Assembly: GCA_003558085.1 (NCBI GenBank)
Contig: PWMT01000048.1
Location: 1 to 16,124 of the forward strand
From: Methanobacteriaceae archaeon
Lineage (GTDB): Archaea > Methanobacteriota > Methanobacteria > Methanobacteriales > Methanobacteriaceae
Length of the DNA stretch: 16,124 bases
Direction of reading: 5' to 3'
Each line of letters opens with the position of its first letter. The stretch's first letter is position 1. Under the pieces are notes generated by a model, which saw only the letters and a list, made by a program, of their open reading frames with translations, was not told where the DNA came from and made no database searches. A program made the position numbers and the translations under genes. Positions 15,491 through 16,124 of the stretch are shown here, piece after piece.

Positions 15491-16124
15491 TATTTTAGTT
15501 GTAAAAAGTAATGGTGAATGTGAAACATTCAAACCAAGGAAGATTGTTGAAAAATTAATTAATGAAGCAGATGTAGAGCCAGATTTGGCTAAAAACATTG
15601 CTAGACGTGTTTCTCGAAAGATTAGTGATTTAGATATTGACGAAATTGATAGTATTAAAATTAGAAATATTGTTAACAACCATCTAATCAAAGAAGGTGA
15701 ATTTGATAGAGAAACTCAGCATGAACGTCTGGGCGTTAGTGTGGCTGACATTAAGGACCAAATAGAGAATGGGAGTCGGGACAACGCAAATATGTCTCAT
15801 AATCCAGAAACAATTCATAAAATGGTAGCAGATATGGCGCTTAAACAGTTCGCTTTAATCGACTTACCCTCTGATATTGTCCGTTCTCATGTTACGGGTG
15901 ATTTTCACTGTCTTGCTCCAGAAATGTTAATTGTATATAAAATTAAAGAAGAAATTTATTTATCTACAATTAAGGATTTTGTAGAAGATTATTTTAATAT
16001 AGAAGAGGATATTTTTGTCCCTAGCTTCAATGTAGAGAATAAGGAGGTTGAATGGAAAAAAGTAGTTAATGTAATGAAAAATGACCCATCACAGTTATAT
16101 AAAATTACTTTTACAAGAGGAAGA
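15483..16124 (+). CDS. nrdD: Anaerobic (class III) ribonucleotide reductase with ATP cone, intein-containing; 3' truncated (not in ORF track)
   Basis: MSNILVVKSNGECETFKPRKI ATP cone; RLGVSV...ENGSRDNANMSHNPETIHKMVADMALKQFAL...SHVTGDFH resembles methanogen NrdD; AGGAGG RBS; frame open to the window end. Confidence 0.88.
   Translation, partial: MSNILVVKSNGECETFKPRKIVEKLINEADVEPDLAKNIARRVSRKISDLDIDEIDSIKIRNIVNNHLIKEGEFDRETQHERLGVSVADIKDQIENGSRDNANMSHNPETIHKMVADMALKQFALIDLPSDIVRSHVTGDFHCLAPEMLIVYKIKEEIYLSTIKDFVEDYFNIEEDIFVPSFNVENKEVEWKKVVNVMKNDPSQLYKITFTRGR
15909..16124 (+). mobile_element. Intein N-terminal splicing region within nrdD (continues beyond window)
   Basis: NrdD similarity stops after GDFH. 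The sequence continues CLAPEMLIVYK (block A, Cys1), TIKDFVE, VPSFN...VEWKKV, LYKITFTRGR, typical of a Hint-domain N-terminus up to just before block B. Confidence 0.85.

Noticed and set aside
2328-15691. Shadow ORFs from the track (2328-2576 -, 3545-3916 +, 5427-5768 -, 5440-5682 -, 5822-6013 -, 6898-7197 +, 7007-7204 -, 9712-9915 -, 11118-11396 -, 14761-15126 -, 15458-15691 -)
   Set aside because: They overlap better-supported genes, lack RBSs or motifs, and have compositions typical of antisense or off-frame translation.

Overview
AT-rich, gene-dense, mostly + strand DNA replication/nucleotide-metabolism region, most likely from a virus or provirus (or large plasmid) of a methanogenic archaeon. 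Archaeal signals are GAGGTGA-type Shine-Dalgarno sites, TTTATATA/TTTAAATA TATA boxes, an archaeal-type ThyA, an AEP primase, an XPF/ERCC4 nuclease and an NrdD N-terminus resembling Methanobacteriales enzymes. Gene order: CobT-like VWA protein (5' truncated), degenerate RlaP-like nucleotidyltransferase, two Cys-rich small proteins, MoxR AAA+ ATPase, two convergent hypothetical genes, a divergent promoter region, putative SSB, small coiled-coil protein, Sak4/AAA_24-like ATPase, ThyA, a membrane microprotein, a split bacterial-type family C polymerase (family-4 UDG fused to PHP, then a separate DnaE catalytic core), wHTH protein, PD-(D/E)XK Fe-S exonuclease, CxxCxxCC protein, fused PriS-PriL primase, ERCC4 nuclease, HTH-NUMOD3 protein, an IS110/Nop-domain protein without RuvC (TasA-like candidate), and an ATP-cone NrdD interrupted by an intein running off the window. 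Main points of interest: the UDG-PHP + DnaE split polymerase in an archaeal context, the domesticated IS110/Nop-like gene with a Zn ribbon, the intein site, and strong GATC avoidance with most surviving sites overlapping TCGA. All calls come from manual motif reading; no database searches were run.
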